Counted from the stretch's first letter, positions 18,947-29,565 are shown. The stretch is DNA of 64,000 nucleotides from Fimbriimonadia bacterium (GCA_041483895.1 JBGPGO010000010.1:64001-128000); one strand, 5' to 3'. The notes: a model not told the origin generated them from the letters alone. Numbers and translations are program-made.

Positions 18947-21148
18947 ATGATTCGATGCCTGTCGATAGCCGCTGGGGCGCTCATGGTGGCCGCGGCCGTA
19001 CCCAATGGATTAAGCCTTGATGATGTCCTGGCAGCCAAGAGAGATCTGTGGGGTGAGGCTGCCATGCGGGAGGCGAACGGGCCGAGCTATCAGTTTTTCG
19101 CTCGACTCTTGCCTCCGTTGCGCTACGTCGATGCAAAGTTTCGGCACTACCCGATCATCCTGGGGATGCCGGGGGCGAAGCGCAAAGCCCGGTGGATCAG
19201 TGATGGCAGTGGTGTCAACTTGCCAGGCGAGTTATGGACGTGGCACGACCAAGGCCTGACTCCGGTTGCCTTCTCTGTCGGCAGCGCTGCCGAGCCGTTC
19301 GGGAAGGACTCCGCTCGCATCGTTGGTCCGAAATACGCTGACGGCTATCTGCCTATCGTCAACATCCGGTACCGGCATGGCGCGTCGGAATACCGGCAAG
19401 AAGCGTTCGCGGCAATTGGGGCAAGCAACGGTACCGTGGTCTATGTCTCGTTCTCTTTGGCAAACGGCAAGACGGGAGTCGTTCACGCCGACTTGCCGGG
19501 TCTGCATGTGGAGGGCCCTGTCTGGAAGGACGCGAAGGGAATCGTCCGCGCCTGGCACGGACCAGGCTGGCGATTGGAAGGATCACGTGCCACTGCGGAT
19601 GTCGCCGCCGGCGGGAAGGTCTGGCTGGCGGTTGCCGACGATCCGCCATCGATCCGATTGGGCGACTATGATGTGGAGCGCAAGAGATCCGATCGATTCT
19701 GGAAGGCTTGGATTTCGCGCGCCGCAACCATCGAGACGCCGGAAAAGTTGGTCAATGATGCCTATCGCGCCGTACTGTTGGGAACCCTCGCTCTCACGAT
19801 TGGCGATACGCTCTATTACAGCGCACTAAATTTGTACGAGCAGACGTTTGAGGCGGAATGTGGCGATGCCGTGCGCGCGATGGCTTTATTCGGTATTCCC
19901 GGCGACGGTCGTTTCGTCACCCCGATGCTACAGCGGCCGCACCAGCAAGGATTGGGTTTCCATGACACCGCCTTTAAGATGCAATTGCTCGCACACTACT
20001 ATTGGCTTTCGAAGGACAGCGCGTTTGTGCGAAAGGCGCTGGAACCGATGGTTGCGGAGGCTCGGGAAGGCATACGCGTTATCGAACCCGGCACTGGCCT
20101 CCTGCCGCGCGAGGCCTATTGTGGCGATATTTCGACACCGGTGTACTCGCTTAATTCCAACGCGAACTTCTGGCGGGGCCTCCGCGATCTGTCCGTTGTC
20201 TTGACGGAACTGGGCGACAAGAAGAACGCCGCGGAGCTGAAGGAAACTGCCGAGCGCATGCGGCGAGCTACGCTGATTGCGGTCGAGAAGAGCGTGCGGA
20301 AGGATGTAACGCCGCCATTCGTCCCAATCGCCCTGTTTGGGGAGGAGCAGCCGTCTGACAGGCTGACGGACACGAAGCTCGGCTCCTATTGGGATCTCAT
20401 GGCGCCATACGTTTTGGGTTCGGGCGTGTTTGGCGTCATCTCTCAGGAATCGCGTTGGATCCGCGAGACGCTGCAACAGCACGGCGGCCTTTGCATGGGA
20501 ATGGTGCGGTTCCACCAGCATTCCGGTTACTTCGCGAATGACGACGCAGTGGACGATCTGTACACCCTTCGCTACGTCCTGGACCTGCTCCAAGTCGACG
20601 AGCCGGATCGAGCTTTGGTCACTTTCTATGGGAAATTGGCGCAAGGCTTTACAAGAGATACGTTTATCGCCGGGGAAGGGACAGGATTACGGTCGCTGGG
20701 CCCGCATGGCCGCTCGATGTATTTACCTCCCAACGCAGCGGCAAACGCCCTCTTCTTACAGTGTCTGCGGTACCTGATGATTCAAGACTGGGATATGGAT
20801 GATGACGGCAAACCTGAGACGCTGCGATTGATGTTTGCCACTCCACGAACTTGGCTGTCGGATCGCAAGCGCGTTCGAATCGAGAGCGCGCCGACCGCTT
20901 TTGGAAAGGTGTCTGTCACGATGGTATCGGATTTGCGCCATCACAAAGTTGTAGCCGCCGTCGACCTGCCGGCCCGGTCGCCGCAACGAACATTGCTCCG
21001 TTTCCGAGTTCCGGATGGTCATAAAGTGGTATCGGCTCATGTCGGCGCCCGAAAGCTTCGACCGGATTCCAAAGGAACGGTGGACCTGAGCGGTATGAAG
21101 GGCCGCGTCAAGATTGTGGCGGATGTGCGGCCGACAAAAACCCACTGA
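18947..21148 (+). CDS. Secreted uncharacterised protein, probable (alpha/alpha)6 glycoside-hydrolase-like
   Basis: Signal peptide; AHYYWLSKD..F, GLLP, NANFWRGL; C-terminal LRLMFATPRTWL...APTAFGKVS. Confidence 0.55.
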   Translation: MIRCLSIAAGALMVAAAVPNGLSLDDVLAAKRDLWGEAAMREANGPSYQFFARLLPPLRYVDAKFRHYPIILGMPGAKRKARWISDGSGVNLPGELWTWHDQGLTPVAFSVGSAAEPFGKDSARIVGPKYADGYLPIVNIRYRHGASEYRQEAFAAIGASNGTVVYVSFSLANGKTGVVHADLPGLHVEGPVWKDAKGIVRAWHGPGWRLEGSRATADVAAGGKVWLAVADDPPSIRLGDYDVERKRSDRFWKAWISRAATIETPEKLVNDAYRAVLLGTLALTIGDTLYYSALNLYEQTFEAECGDAVRAMALFGIPGDGRFVTPMLQRPHQQGLGFHDTAFKMQLLAHYYWLSKDSAFVRKALEPMVAEAREGIRVIEPGTGLLPREAYCGDISTPVYSLNSNANFWRGLRDLSVVLTELGDKKNAAELKETAERMRRATLIAVEKSVRKDVTPPFVPIALFGEEQPSDRLTDTKLGSYWDLMAPYVLGSGVFGVISQESRWIRETLQQHGGLCMGMVRFHQHSGYFANDDAVDDLYTLRYVLDLLQVDEPDRALVTFYGKLAQGFTRDTFIAGEGTGLRSLGPHGRSMYLPPNAAANALFLQCLRYLMIQDWDMDDDGKPETLRLMFATPRTWLSDRKRVRIESAPTAFGKVSVTMVSDLRHHKVVAAVDLPARSPQRTLLRFRVPDGHKVVSAHVGARKLRPDSKGTVDLSGMKGRVKIVADVRPTKTH

Positions 21149-21489
21149 CGATGCGATCGTCAAATCCTCCAAAACTCTTGCCAACCGGACATATCCGTGT
21201 TATTATGTATGGGATATTTGCGGTCGAGAATCCTCGGCCGGTTTCTGGTGAAGGGTCTTTGTCGATCCCACCAGTTTGAAGACTTTCTTAGAATTGGGGC
21301 ACCCGTGTCGTGTTTTAGTGATTTTGGATGGAGACTTCCTTGCAAAGCCTTGGCCAATTCCATCGGCGAGTTTCGTCGTCGACCGTCAACCGGCTTGTGC
21401 CACCTAAGAACCAATGGGACGCCATTCACGCAACGTGTGCTCGCTCTACGAAACTCGTATGCCGTTCCAATTGGAAGTGTTAGGACGGA

Positions 21490-22827
21490 ATGAGAACAAC
21501 CGCACTCATTCTTATCTTCACGGCCATTCCCCTTGCCGCATCGTCGCAGACGCAGTGGGTTCACGAGGTCTTGCTGCAAGGCGACATTGCGCTGTCGGGC
21601 GGCCAATTTGACTACGCTGTTAATAAAGATGGGATCCCGGTCTATTCATCGTCAAAGCCAGGCGGAGCATTATTTCACGCTTGGAGGTATCGGACGAACC
21701 TGGACGAGGCCTATCTTGGGCCTGGCACGGAGGGGTTCGCCACAGCGATCAATGATTTGGGCCATGCCGCATACCGCGCGCGCAACAGCGCTTCCTACCA
21801 TGTTATGGTGGAGGGGCACGACTACTTTACCGATGTGTTCGGCCAAAGTCGGGATCCAAACTTGGATCCTGGGGTCCGATATGTTGACAACAACGATAAG
21901 CCCTTTTGGTCCACCGAGCGGCAGGACAACTATCGCATCCGAGTGTTCCACGGTACGGATGAATTATCAGCGGGCTACGAGGTTGTGGATTTCAGTCCGG
22001 ACGACATGAACCGCAACGGCGATTCGGTTTGGGTGGCGAACGTGCGAACGAATCCCAACGATTCCTTTTCCTACGACCTGTTCCGAAACAACGTCGACTA
22101 TTCGAAGCAAATCCTGGGCTCGGGCAGCTACGGGTATAGCCCTAGAATCAATGATAATGGAGACGTCATCTGGTCCGGCGGATACAACGCAATCGGTGAC
22201 GATGATCTTTATCTCAATGGTCAGAACCTGACGACTGGTATGCCGAAGATCGATGGCGTGGTTCCCTATGGCATCAACAACAAGGGTGACTTCGTTTGGG
22301 TTGGATTTGAACACAGGCCATACAAACAGAAGGTTTACAAGAACATGACCGATATTTCGACGCCGATTTTCGGCGATGAGGCCTATAATGCTGGAGATCC
22401 CCATTTGTCGGACAATGGAGACGTTGTGTGGACCGCGGACAGCAAAAGCACGGGCCGCCGGCTGTTTCACAATGCCGATGACATCTCATCTTCCCTGCTC
22501 GGTACCAATACGCTTTCGACGTCTTTTACGATTAGAGGCATCGATCGCAATGGGAACGCCATGTGGTCCGGGTATGGAGCCCTCACCAGCGGCCTCCCCC
22601 ATGTCTACTCCGGACAGTTCGATCTGACGCGCGACGCGCTCGGCCCGAATTTTACCTGGGGAAACGCCGGCATCTTGGCCGGCGGCGACAACGGCAGTGT
22701 CTTGTGGGGGGCATGGGATAGTGTGAACGGAGGCCGTCTCTATCTATCGACTCCGGTCCCAGAGCCCGGCTGGATTGTTCCGCTCGGCATGGCGATTGGA
22801 ATTCTCATCCGGCGGCGGGCCAAATAG
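21490..22827 (+). CDS. PEP-CTERM protein, paralog of 7693-9036
   Basis: Same repeats (IN(D/N)NGDVxW...DL(F/Y)xN); ends LYLSTPVPEPG, TM segment and RRRAK. Confidence 0.85.
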   Translation: MRTTALILIFTAIPLAASSQTQWVHEVLLQGDIALSGGQFDYAVNKDGIPVYSSSKPGGALFHAWRYRTNLDEAYLGPGTEGFATAINDLGHAAYRARNSASYHVMVEGHDYFTDVFGQSRDPNLDPGVRYVDNNDKPFWSTERQDNYRIRVFHGTDELSAGYEVVDFSPDDMNRNGDSVWVANVRTNPNDSFSYDLFRNNVDYSKQILGSGSYGYSPRINDNGDVIWSGGYNAIGDDDLYLNGQNLTTGMPKIDGVVPYGINNKGDFVWVGFEHRPYKQKVYKNMTDISTPIFGDEAYNAGDPHLSDNGDVVWTADSKSTGRRLFHNADDISSSLLGTNTLSTSFTIRGIDRNGNAMWSGYGALTSGLPHVYSGQFDLTRDALGPNFTWGNAGILAGGDNGSVLWGAWDSVNGGRLYLSTPVPEPGWIVPLGMAIGILIRRRAK

Positions 22828-22830
22828 AAT

Positions 22831-22859
22831 ATGCTTTGACGTTGCGAAAGTCAAGGCAT
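22831..22859. terminator. Hairpin between convergent genes
   Basis: ATGCTTTGAC...GTCAAGGCAT inverted repeat. Confidence 0.45.
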
Positions 22860-22869
22860 AAGATTTCGG

Positions 22870-22891
22870 GCCGCCTGGAATGCAGCGTTAC
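22870..22891. repeat. Family C REP overlapping the rpmA stop codon
   Basis: GCCGCCTGGAATGCAGCGTTAC. Confidence 0.7.
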
Positions 22892-23145
22892 GCGGGGGAG
22901 GCGGTGATGGCGACGCGGCGGCGTTTTTTCGGCCCCTCGAACACCACATGGCCGGCGGCGAGGGCGAACAGCGTGTCGTCCCGGCCGATGCCGACGTTCG
23001 TGCCCGGAAACAGCTTCGTTCCGCGCTGGCGCACCAGTATCTCGCCCGCCTTGACGACCTGACCGTCGAATCGCTTCACGCCCAGCATCTTCGGATTGCT
23101 GTCGCGTCCGTTTCTTGAACTCCCAACGCCTTTTTTATGTGCCAT
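22888..23145 (-). CDS. rpmA: 50S ribosomal protein L27
   Basis: [16 protein letters not shown]...LVRQRGT...GRDDTLFA. Confidence 0.98.
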   Translation of the reverse strand: MAHKKGVGSSRNGRDSNPKMLGVKRFDGQVVKAGEILVRQRGTKLFPGTNVGIGRDDTLFALAAGHVVFEGPKKRRRVAITASPA

Positions 23146-23165
23146 ATCAAATCCTCCGCCCCTTC

Positions 23166-23282
23166 ACCTTCACAGTGCGACTGTGAAGGTATGAAAAAAA
23201 CACCTTATCCCTTCACAGTCGCACTGTGAAGGGGCCGACATAATGCCATATCCCCACGCAGCCGTACTGTGAAGGGGCCGAC
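23166..23282. repeat. Three family A REP-like palindromes between rplU and rpmA
   Basis: Copies at 23166-23190 (inverted), 23207-23239 and 23250-23282. Confidence 0.85.
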
Positions 23283-23593
23283 TACCCCGCTATCTCCGTG
23301 ACCTTGATGTGGGTCTGCTCTTGCCGATGGCCGTAGTGGTGGCGCTCCCGCTTCTTCGCCTTGTACGTGAAGCCCACAATCTTCGGCCCGCGGTCCTGCC
23401 TCAAAATCGTGCCCTTGACAATCGCGCCCGGAACCACCGGCGTGCCGACCTTCACACCCTTGTCCGTCCGAACAAGCAGGACCTCGCCGACCTCGATCTC
23501 CGTGCCCGGCTCGCCCTCGATCTTCTCAACAACCAGCGTGCCGTCCGGCACCGCCTTATACTGTTTTCCGCCCGTTCTGACTATCGCGTACAT
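23282..23593 (-). CDS. rplU: 50S ribosomal protein L21
   Basis: MYAIVRTGGKQYK...GHRQ. Confidence 0.98.
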   Translation of the reverse strand: MYAIVRTGGKQYKAVPDGTLVVEKIEGEPGTEIEVGEVLLVRTDKGVKVGTPVVPGAIVKGTILRQDRGPKIVGFTYKAKKRERHHYGHRQEQTHIKVTEIAG

Positions 23594-23602
23594 TCTGAAA
23601 AC

Positions 23603-23638
23603 CCCCACCCTAGCCCTCCCCCGCAAGCGGGGGAGGGG
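23603..23638. repeat. Family B REP-like palindrome
   Basis: CCCCACCCTAGCCCTCCCCCGCAAGCGGGGGAGGGG; inverted copy at 40881-40918. Confidence 0.8.
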
Positions 23639-23732
23639 ATCAAATTCGGCTCGCCCCACCCCATAACCGGGGGAGGGGATTCGAAATCCTACGCCCGCTT
23701 GGAAAGAGACAGGGCTGCCATTATGACAAAAA

Positions 23733-25928
23733 CTAGCCGGTGTTTGCTACCGGTTCCGGTCGGGCCGGGGCAATAAGAGCGCCAATCTCGATGGGAATCA
23801 CCTCGCCCGAGGCCGCTCCGGCCATGATGCCGAAGGTGGACAGGGACAGCGCCGCCAAGTCTTCGAGCGAAACCGGCATCTTTGCGCCCGTCTTCACCAG
23901 CTGGGCAAATAAGGCCATTTCCGCTTTATGACCCTTGTCCTGACCCGCCGCCTTGATCTCTTTCTCCTTGCCGCCGGAATAGAGGTGCAATGACCGGAAA
24001 TCGTCCAAGACGGCGCCCTTGCCGTCGCCGAAAACCTCCAGCCGCTCCTTGGGCAGCTTGGGATCGCATGTTGTAACGTAGGTCAGGGTCCCAACGCTTC
24101 CATCGGAGAAAGTGATCACCCCATGCGCCGTATCCGGTTCATGTCCCCCGGTCGGCGCCGCCCCGGACACAGAGATGGGCCGCGAGCCGGCAAGCGCCAT
24201 CATCATATCAACAAAGTGGCAGCCCTCGCTTATCACGCGGCTGCCGCCCTCCTCCGTGGCGCGCATCCAATGCTTTTCATCCAGCGGCCCGGCGTTCACC
24301 CGGTAGTTCATCATCAGCGGCCCGCTCCGGTGGCTAAAGAAGCCGGCAATCTCCTTCACCATGGGCGAGAACCGGCGATTGTGCCCGACAAAGATGAACC
24401 CGCCCGTCTGTTGATAGGTCTGGACCACCTCTGCCAACTGCTCCTCGTTCAACGCGAGCGGCTTTTCGACAAAGACCGCCTTCCCCGCCCGCAGCGCGTC
24501 ACAGACCAGATGGGCGTGGGAGTTGTGGCGGGTGGCGATCAGAACCGCGTTGATGTCCCGGTCTTCAAAAATGTCCTTCGCGGAACTCGCCGCGTACCGG
24601 AACCCGAACCGATCGGCGGCCCCTTTGGCTGTCACACCCCGCACGCTGGCCACCCCGACCATCTCGACCTCGGGGACCCCTTTCAGGTGCGGAAGGAGGG
24701 TGCCGGTGCAGAAGTTGCCCACGCCGATGACCCCCATTCGCACACTGCCCGGATGCTTGGCCGCCTCCTGGTGTACGGGAACGGTGCGAGAAAACTGGGT
24801 TCGGCCCTCGTACTTCAGAAGCACACCAAGCGTGGACGCCGCGTCGGGCCCCATCAGCAGGCTGTAGGCGGAAAGGGCGTCGTCGAAATCGAAAACGTTG
24901 GTGGTGATGCCCTTGACATTGACCAAGCCCGCTGCGACCAGCCGCAGGAACTCCCGCATGTTCTCCCGCTCGGTCCACCGCACGTAGCCGATCGGATAGT
25001 CGATGCCACCTTCTTCGTACAGCGGATCGTATCGGCCCGGGCCGTACGAACGAGAGGTGGTGAGGCTCAATTCTTTCTCGTAATAGGTGCGGCGCGGCAG
25101 GTCGGTTTTCACCATCCCAACGACGACCACGTGCCCCCGGTCGCGGCAGACCTCACCGGCAAGCTCCACTGGGTCATTGTTCTGCTCGCCCCCGGCGGTG
25201 ATGATGACCGCATCAACCCCGGCGCCTCGTGTGAACGCCTCGGTCGTTGCCTCGATGTCTTCATTGCGCAGCAGGGCCATGTCGCAGCCGAGTTTTCGGG
25301 CCGCATCGACACGGCTGGGGGCGACATCGACGCCGATCACCTTGCATCCCGAAGCCTTGAGAAGCTGCACGGTTATGATTCCCAGCAGCCCCAGCCCAAT
25401 CACCATCACATAGTCCCCGAGTTGTGCCTTCGACTGCCGAACGCCATGAAGGGCGATCGCGCCGACCGTCGTGAAAGCGGCGTCGGCCAAGTCCACGCCT
25501 TCGGGCACCGGCACGCAAAGATTGTTGGGGACGGAGATCAGCTCCGCATGGTGAGCATATTCGGCGCCGGCGCAGGCCACTCGATCACCGACTCGGATGT
25601 CTGGTATGTCCACACCGACCTCGACTACGATACCGGCTGTGCTGTAGCCGAGCGGGGTGGGCTGGTCGAGCCGGGCAATCACCTTGCGATAGGTCGTTCC
25701 CAAGCCCTCGACCTGAACTGAGCGAAGCACTTTCTTGAGCTGGTCGGGCCGGGCGCGGGCCTTGCCCAGATAGCTCATTTTCGCCTGTTCCACCTTTTGC
25801 CGCTCGGTACCGGCGCTGATCAGGGAATAATGGTTGGCGACGAGGAGGCCGCCGGATCGGCACTGGGGCGGCGGGACCTCGGCCACCTCCATCTTGCCGG
25901 TCTTGTAATTCTGTAATAGCTGCTTCAT
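23733..25928 (-). CDS. Bi-domain oxidoreductase (MDR dehydrogenase + Gfo/Idh/MocA), polysaccharide-locus type
   Basis: SLISAGTE, GLGLLG, SRSYGPGRYDPLYEE, IATRHNSH, FVEKPL, GHNRRF. Confidence 0.9.
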   Translation of the reverse strand: MKQLLQNYKTGKMEVAEVPPPQCRSGGLLVANHYSLISAGTERQKVEQAKMSYLGKARARPDQLKKVLRSVQVEGLGTTYRKVIARLDQPTPLGYSTAGIVVEVGVDIPDIRVGDRVACAGAEYAHHAELISVPNNLCVPVPEGVDLADAAFTTVGAIALHGVRQSKAQLGDYVMVIGLGLLGIITVQLLKASGCKVIGVDVAPSRVDAARKLGCDMALLRNEDIEATTEAFTRGAGVDAVIITAGGEQNNDPVELAGEVCRDRGHVVVVGMVKTDLPRRTYYEKELSLTTSRSYGPGRYDPLYEEGGIDYPIGYVRWTERENMREFLRLVAAGLVNVKGITTNVFDFDDALSAYSLLMGPDAASTLGVLLKYEGRTQFSRTVPVHQEAAKHPGSVRMGVIGVGNFCTGTLLPHLKGVPEVEMVGVASVRGVTAKGAADRFGFRYAASSAKDIFEDRDINAVLIATRHNSHAHLVCDALRAGKAVFVEKPLALNEEQLAEVVQTYQQTGGFIFVGHNRRFSPMVKEIAGFFSHRSGPLMMNYRVNAGPLDEKHWMRATEEGGSRVISEGCHFVDMMMALAGSRPISVSGAAPTGGHEPDTAHGVITFSDGSVGTLTYVTTCDPKLPKERLEVFGDGKGAVLDDFRSLHLYSGGKEKEIKAAGQDKGHKAEMALFAQLVKTGAKMPVSLEDLAALSLSTFGIMAGAASGEVIPIEIGALIAPARPEPVANTG

Positions 25929-26010
25929 CTTCTGCTCCCTGATCGGCCAATTTGAACTGTTTTTGGGGAGATTACCTGAGAGGACCCCGCTCGAACCTAA
26001 TTATCGGCAC

Positions 26011-26167
26011 CCCGGTAGCCGCTCGTAGCCCAGCCGCGCCGTAGCCGTGGGTCGGATTGCCGTCAGGTAACGCTTGATGACAACCAAGACCCACGCGGCA
26101 ACCTCCTGCGTGGGTCTTGGTCTGTCGTTGGAGAAGACGGCTGCCGATCCGACCCACGGCTACCGGG
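26011..26167. other. Nested inverted repeats forming a long rod-like structure
   Basis: 17-bp arms at 26041-26057/26147-26163 enclose 14-bp arms at 26083-26096/26108-26121. Confidence 0.75.
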
Positions 26168-26185
26168 AAATTGCGAACGCGATCG

Positions 26186-27283
26186 TCAACCGAAAGGACC
26201 GACCGCAAACTCGATGGCCTTCCGGTAATCCTCCCGGATCCGGTCCCAGTTGCAGATCTCCTCCGCGACCCGGCGGGCATTAGCGCCCATCTGCGCTAGG
26301 CAGTCATCGCCGGCGGCAACGACCCGATCGAAGGCGGACCGGAGGCCCGCCGGGGTCGGATCGGCCACCCAGCCGCACTCGTACTGCCGGACGAAGCTCG
26401 CCATCTCGTCCACGTCGGTCAGCAGCAGCGGACGGCCCAGAGCCGCATATTCGCCAAACTTCGTCGGCATCGCGACACGCACGGCTGGATGGGACTTTCG
26501 GGGGATAACGAGCGCATGGCATTCCCGCAGCAGCTCGATCATATTCTCCCGCGGCATCGCGTCATGCAGGTCCGCCCGATCACCCAATTGCGAAGCAAAC
26601 TGAGCCTTGAGCGCGGCGTCAGCAGGCTGAAATCCGATTACCCGCAGCTTCAGGCCACCATGCCATCCGGCAAACGCGTCGAGGAGCATCGGCAAACCCT
26701 GCCAGACCTGCGTGGCCCCGGCGTATCCGATGATGGGCAGCTTTGCCGTCGGTACCCGCGTCGGGCTGAACAGGCTGAGGTCCACGCCGTTGCGCACCAG
26801 GAAGATGCGCTCCGGTGGAACGCCGGCCTTCAAATACAGTTCCCGCAGCGGATTGGAGACCACCAAGAGCGCCGCCGCGCCGCGCCGGGCCACGCGGTCC
26901 GCAACCGGCATCGTCCACATGTCAATCAGCGCGCTTCGGCTGTGATGCGCTTCCCAAAACAGACGCGCCTCCGCCGGAACGTCCCCATGCACGTCGAAAA
27001 TGACCGGCACCCGCCCGCCGACGGCCCGGATCGCCGCGGCAGCGGGCGTGCAGTTCGCGGCATGAATCACATCCGCGGCCAACAGCTCGTCGCGAAAAAA
27101 CCGGCCGTTGAAGGAGCGCCGGAAACTGGGGCGGGTCGCTCCCCGGTCCTGCAGGTACAAAAGGCTCGTTTCGTGCCCGTCTTCCCGGAGACCTTCCAAC
27201 AGACTGATCACCCGATGGGTGTAAGCGTCGCCAGGGTTTTGCGAAGAAGTGTCCAACAACCCGACGACTTTTAGGCGGCGCAT
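26186..27283 (-). CDS. Glycosyltransferase family 4
   Basis: IFDVHG, VVSNPL, VRNGVD, WQGL, PTKFGEYAALGRP. Confidence 0.9.
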   Translation of the reverse strand: MRRLKVVGLLDTSSQNPGDAYTHRVISLLEGLREDGHETSLLYLQDRGATRPSFRRSFNGRFFRDELLAADVIHAANCTPAAAAIRAVGGRVPVIFDVHGDVPAEARLFWEAHHSRSALIDMWTMPVADRVARRGAAALLVVSNPLRELYLKAGVPPERIFLVRNGVDLSLFSPTRVPTAKLPIIGYAGATQVWQGLPMLLDAFAGWHGGLKLRVIGFQPADAALKAQFASQLGDRADLHDAMPRENMIELLRECHALVIPRKSHPAVRVAMPTKFGEYAALGRPLLLTDVDEMASFVRQYECGWVADPTPAGLRSAFDRVVAAGDDCLAQMGANARRVAEEICNWDRIREDYRKAIEFAVGPFG

Positions 27284-27296
27284 ACCCCTATTTTGG

Positions 27297-28109
27297 CTAG
27301 GCAGCCGGCACGGGCGAGCCGTTGGCGTACACCAACGGGTACATCTCGCCGGTCAGCCGCTCGCCAATTGCCACTGTCGTGTGCTTCTTCATGGGATGCT
27401 CCGTCTTGGCCGTGTACCGGCAGTCCCCGCTCATATAGTGCGCGATCACTGCGCTCCGCGCCTTGTCCGTTTGGTTGATCGAGGTTCCGTGGAATGTGAG
27501 CGAGTGGTGAAAAGTGCAATACCCCGCTTTGGTGGGGCAGGCAACGACCTCGATCTTCTCTCCTTCCGGAACTTGTGCCACCTCGAGCAGCTTGGACATG
27601 TCGCCGCCCAGATCGATGAACTCAAACAGGCCCCATTTGTGGCTGCGCGGCACAAACATCATGCAGCCGTTCTGCTCCGTCGCGTCGGTGAGCGGGATCC
27701 AACAGGTCAGCATGTCGGGCCGGTCCACCATCTGCCAATACATCCAGTCCTGATGCCAGGGAACCACCTTCCCGCCGCCCGGCGGCTTGATCAGCACCTG
27801 ATCGTGCCATAACCGGACCTCATCGGTTCCGAGCAACTGGGCGACGGCTGTGGTGATGGCCGGATTGTGAATGTGGCGTCTGAACACCGGATCCGCGCAC
27901 CAGGCATTGACCGTCTGATTGACCGCCTTTGTATCCGAATCGTCTTTCTGGCCGAGGCCTACGATGTATTCCGGCTTTCCTTCGGACTCCCCTCGCAGCA
28001 CCCGATCCAGGGCGGCTCGAAGCTCGACGAGCTGATCGTCGCTCAAAATTCGCGGCCCTTGTAAATAGCCGTTCTCGTGGAAAAACTCGACCTGCTCGGA
28101 TGTTAGCAT
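27297..28109 (-). CDS. Phytanoyl-CoA dioxygenase (PhyH) family 2OG-Fe(II) oxygenase
   Basis: FHENGY, PWHQD, CWIPL, NGCM..VPRSH, FHHSLTFHG. Confidence 0.92.
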   Translation of the reverse strand: MLTSEQVEFFHENGYLQGPRILSDDQLVELRAALDRVLRGESEGKPEYIVGLGQKDDSDTKAVNQTVNAWCADPVFRRHIHNPAITTAVAQLLGTDEVRLWHDQVLIKPPGGGKVVPWHQDWMYWQMVDRPDMLTCWIPLTDATEQNGCMMFVPRSHKWGLFEFIDLGGDMSKLLEVAQVPEGEKIEVVACPTKAGYCTFHHSLTFHGTSINQTDKARSAVIAHYMSGDCRYTAKTEHPMKKHTTVAIGERLTGEMYPLVYANGSPVPAA

Positions 28110-28284
28110 CGGCGCAAACTCCCCGTGAAGCGAATATCGGAACGATACCCTACCCGATCGCGACTTTCCGCCGTGATCGGCTGCCCCTCCAAGATTTGCG
28201 GGTTTTCATCGTAAGAAAATAGTACACGATATTCTGGGGACGAGGTAGGTAAGATCGAAAAAACTCAATATGGGAGGCGTGGCA

Positions 28285-29565
28285 ATGGTTGACACGTTGA
28301 CCGAACGGGCTATTCCGGAAGGAAAATTCAACCCGTTCGCGGTTGCACAGTCGCAACTCGATATGGCAGCAAAGATGCTGAAGCTGGACCCTTCCGTTCA
28401 TCAGTTCTTGCGCAATCCGATGCGCGAGCTTCATGTAAGCATCCCGGTTCGAATGGATGATGGTACGACACGCACATTTCAGGGTTTTCGCGTCCAATAC
28501 AATGACGCCCGTGGGCCGTGCAAAGGCGGGATACGCTTTCACCCCGACGAGACGATTGATACCGTCCGAGCCTTGGCGGCGTGGATGACCTGGAAGACGG
28601 CGGTCGTCGATATTCCATTGGGTGGCGGCAAGGGCGGCGTAATCTGCGATCCGAAGCATATGTCGGAACGTGAATTGGAGCGCTTGAGCCGCGGATATAT
28701 CCGAGCGGTCGGGCACTTTATCGGCCCCACTCGGGACGTGCCCGCACCCGACGTGTATACGACACCGCAAATCATGGGCTGGATGCTGGACGAGTACGAG
28801 ACGCTCATGTCTTTCAAGGCGCCCGGCGTCATCACCGGAAAACCCGTGGGGCTCGGCGGTTCAAAGGGGCGCGGAGACGCAACTGCCCGCGGCGCCATCT
28901 ACACGATTCGGGAGGCTGCCAAGCTGCTTGAGCTGCAACTGAAGGGTGCGACCGCTGTAATCCAGGGTTATGGGAACGCCGGCCAGTTTGCCCACCAACT
29001 TGGCGAAGAGATTCTTGGATTGAAAGTGATTGCTGTCAGCGATTCGAAGGGTGGCATTTTGAACCCGTCCGGCCTGCGATTCGCGGATGTCGCCAAGCAT
29101 AAACAGGATACTGGCAGCGTGATCAACTTCCCAGGCGCTGAGGCGATCTCGAACGCCAAGCTGCTGGAGTTGGGATGCGAAGTTCTGATGCCGGCGGCCT
29201 TGGAGAACGTGCTGACGGCGGAAAACGCGCCTCGCATCAAGCCGAAGATTATCGCGGAGCTGGCAAATGGCCCTACGGCGCAGGCGGCGGACGCGATCTT
29301 CTATCGCAACGGCGTCTACGTAATCCCGGACTTTCTGTGCAATGCCGGCGGGGTAACCGTCAGCTATTTCGAGCAGGTGCAGAACGCGAGCAACTTCTAT
29401 TGGAAGCTGGATGCGGTGCACCGGGAGTTGGACGAGCACATGACGACGGCATTCCATGCCGTGCACGAGATGTCGAAACTGCATCAGTGCGACAACCGGC
29501 AAGGGGCCTACCTGGTGGCGGTACATCGCGTCGCGGACGAGTGTATTCAGCGCGGCTGGGTATAA
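28285..29565 (+). CDS. gdhA: Glutamate dehydrogenase (Glu/Leu/Phe/Val family)
   Basis: [46 protein letters not shown]. Confidence 0.93.
   Translation: MVDTLTERAIPEGKFNPFAVAQSQLDMAAKMLKLDPSVHQFLRNPMRELHVSIPVRMDDGTTRTFQGFRVQYNDARGPCKGGIRFHPDETIDTVRALAAWMTWKTAVVDIPLGGGKGGVICDPKHMSERELERLSRGYIRAVGHFIGPTRDVPAPDVYTTPQIMGWMLDEYETLMSFKAPGVITGKPVGLGGSKGRGDATARGAIYTIREAAKLLELQLKGATAVIQGYGNAGQFAHQLGEEILGLKVIAVSDSKGGILNPSGLRFADVAKHKQDTGSVINFPGAEAISNAKLLELGCEVLMPAALENVLTAENAPRIKPKIIAELANGPTAQAADAIFYRNGVYVIPDFLCNAGGVTVSYFEQVQNASNFYWKLDAVHRELDEHMTTAFHAVHEMSKLHQCDNRQGAYLVAVHRVADECIQRGWV

Noticed and set aside
23670..23700. TTCGAA-containing stretch as a tRNA
   Set aside because: No cloverleaf; part of the REP-rich rplU leader.
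24123..25721. 532-aa plus-strand ORF
   Set aside because: Antisense shadow of the oxidoreductase in GC-rich DNA; no motifs.
25960..26010. CTCTCAGG (minus strand) as a glycine riboswitch, or the adjacent rod as 6S RNA
   Set aside because: Other glycine aptamer motifs are absent. The rod is short with near-perfect REP-like arms and cannot be assigned without a covariance search.
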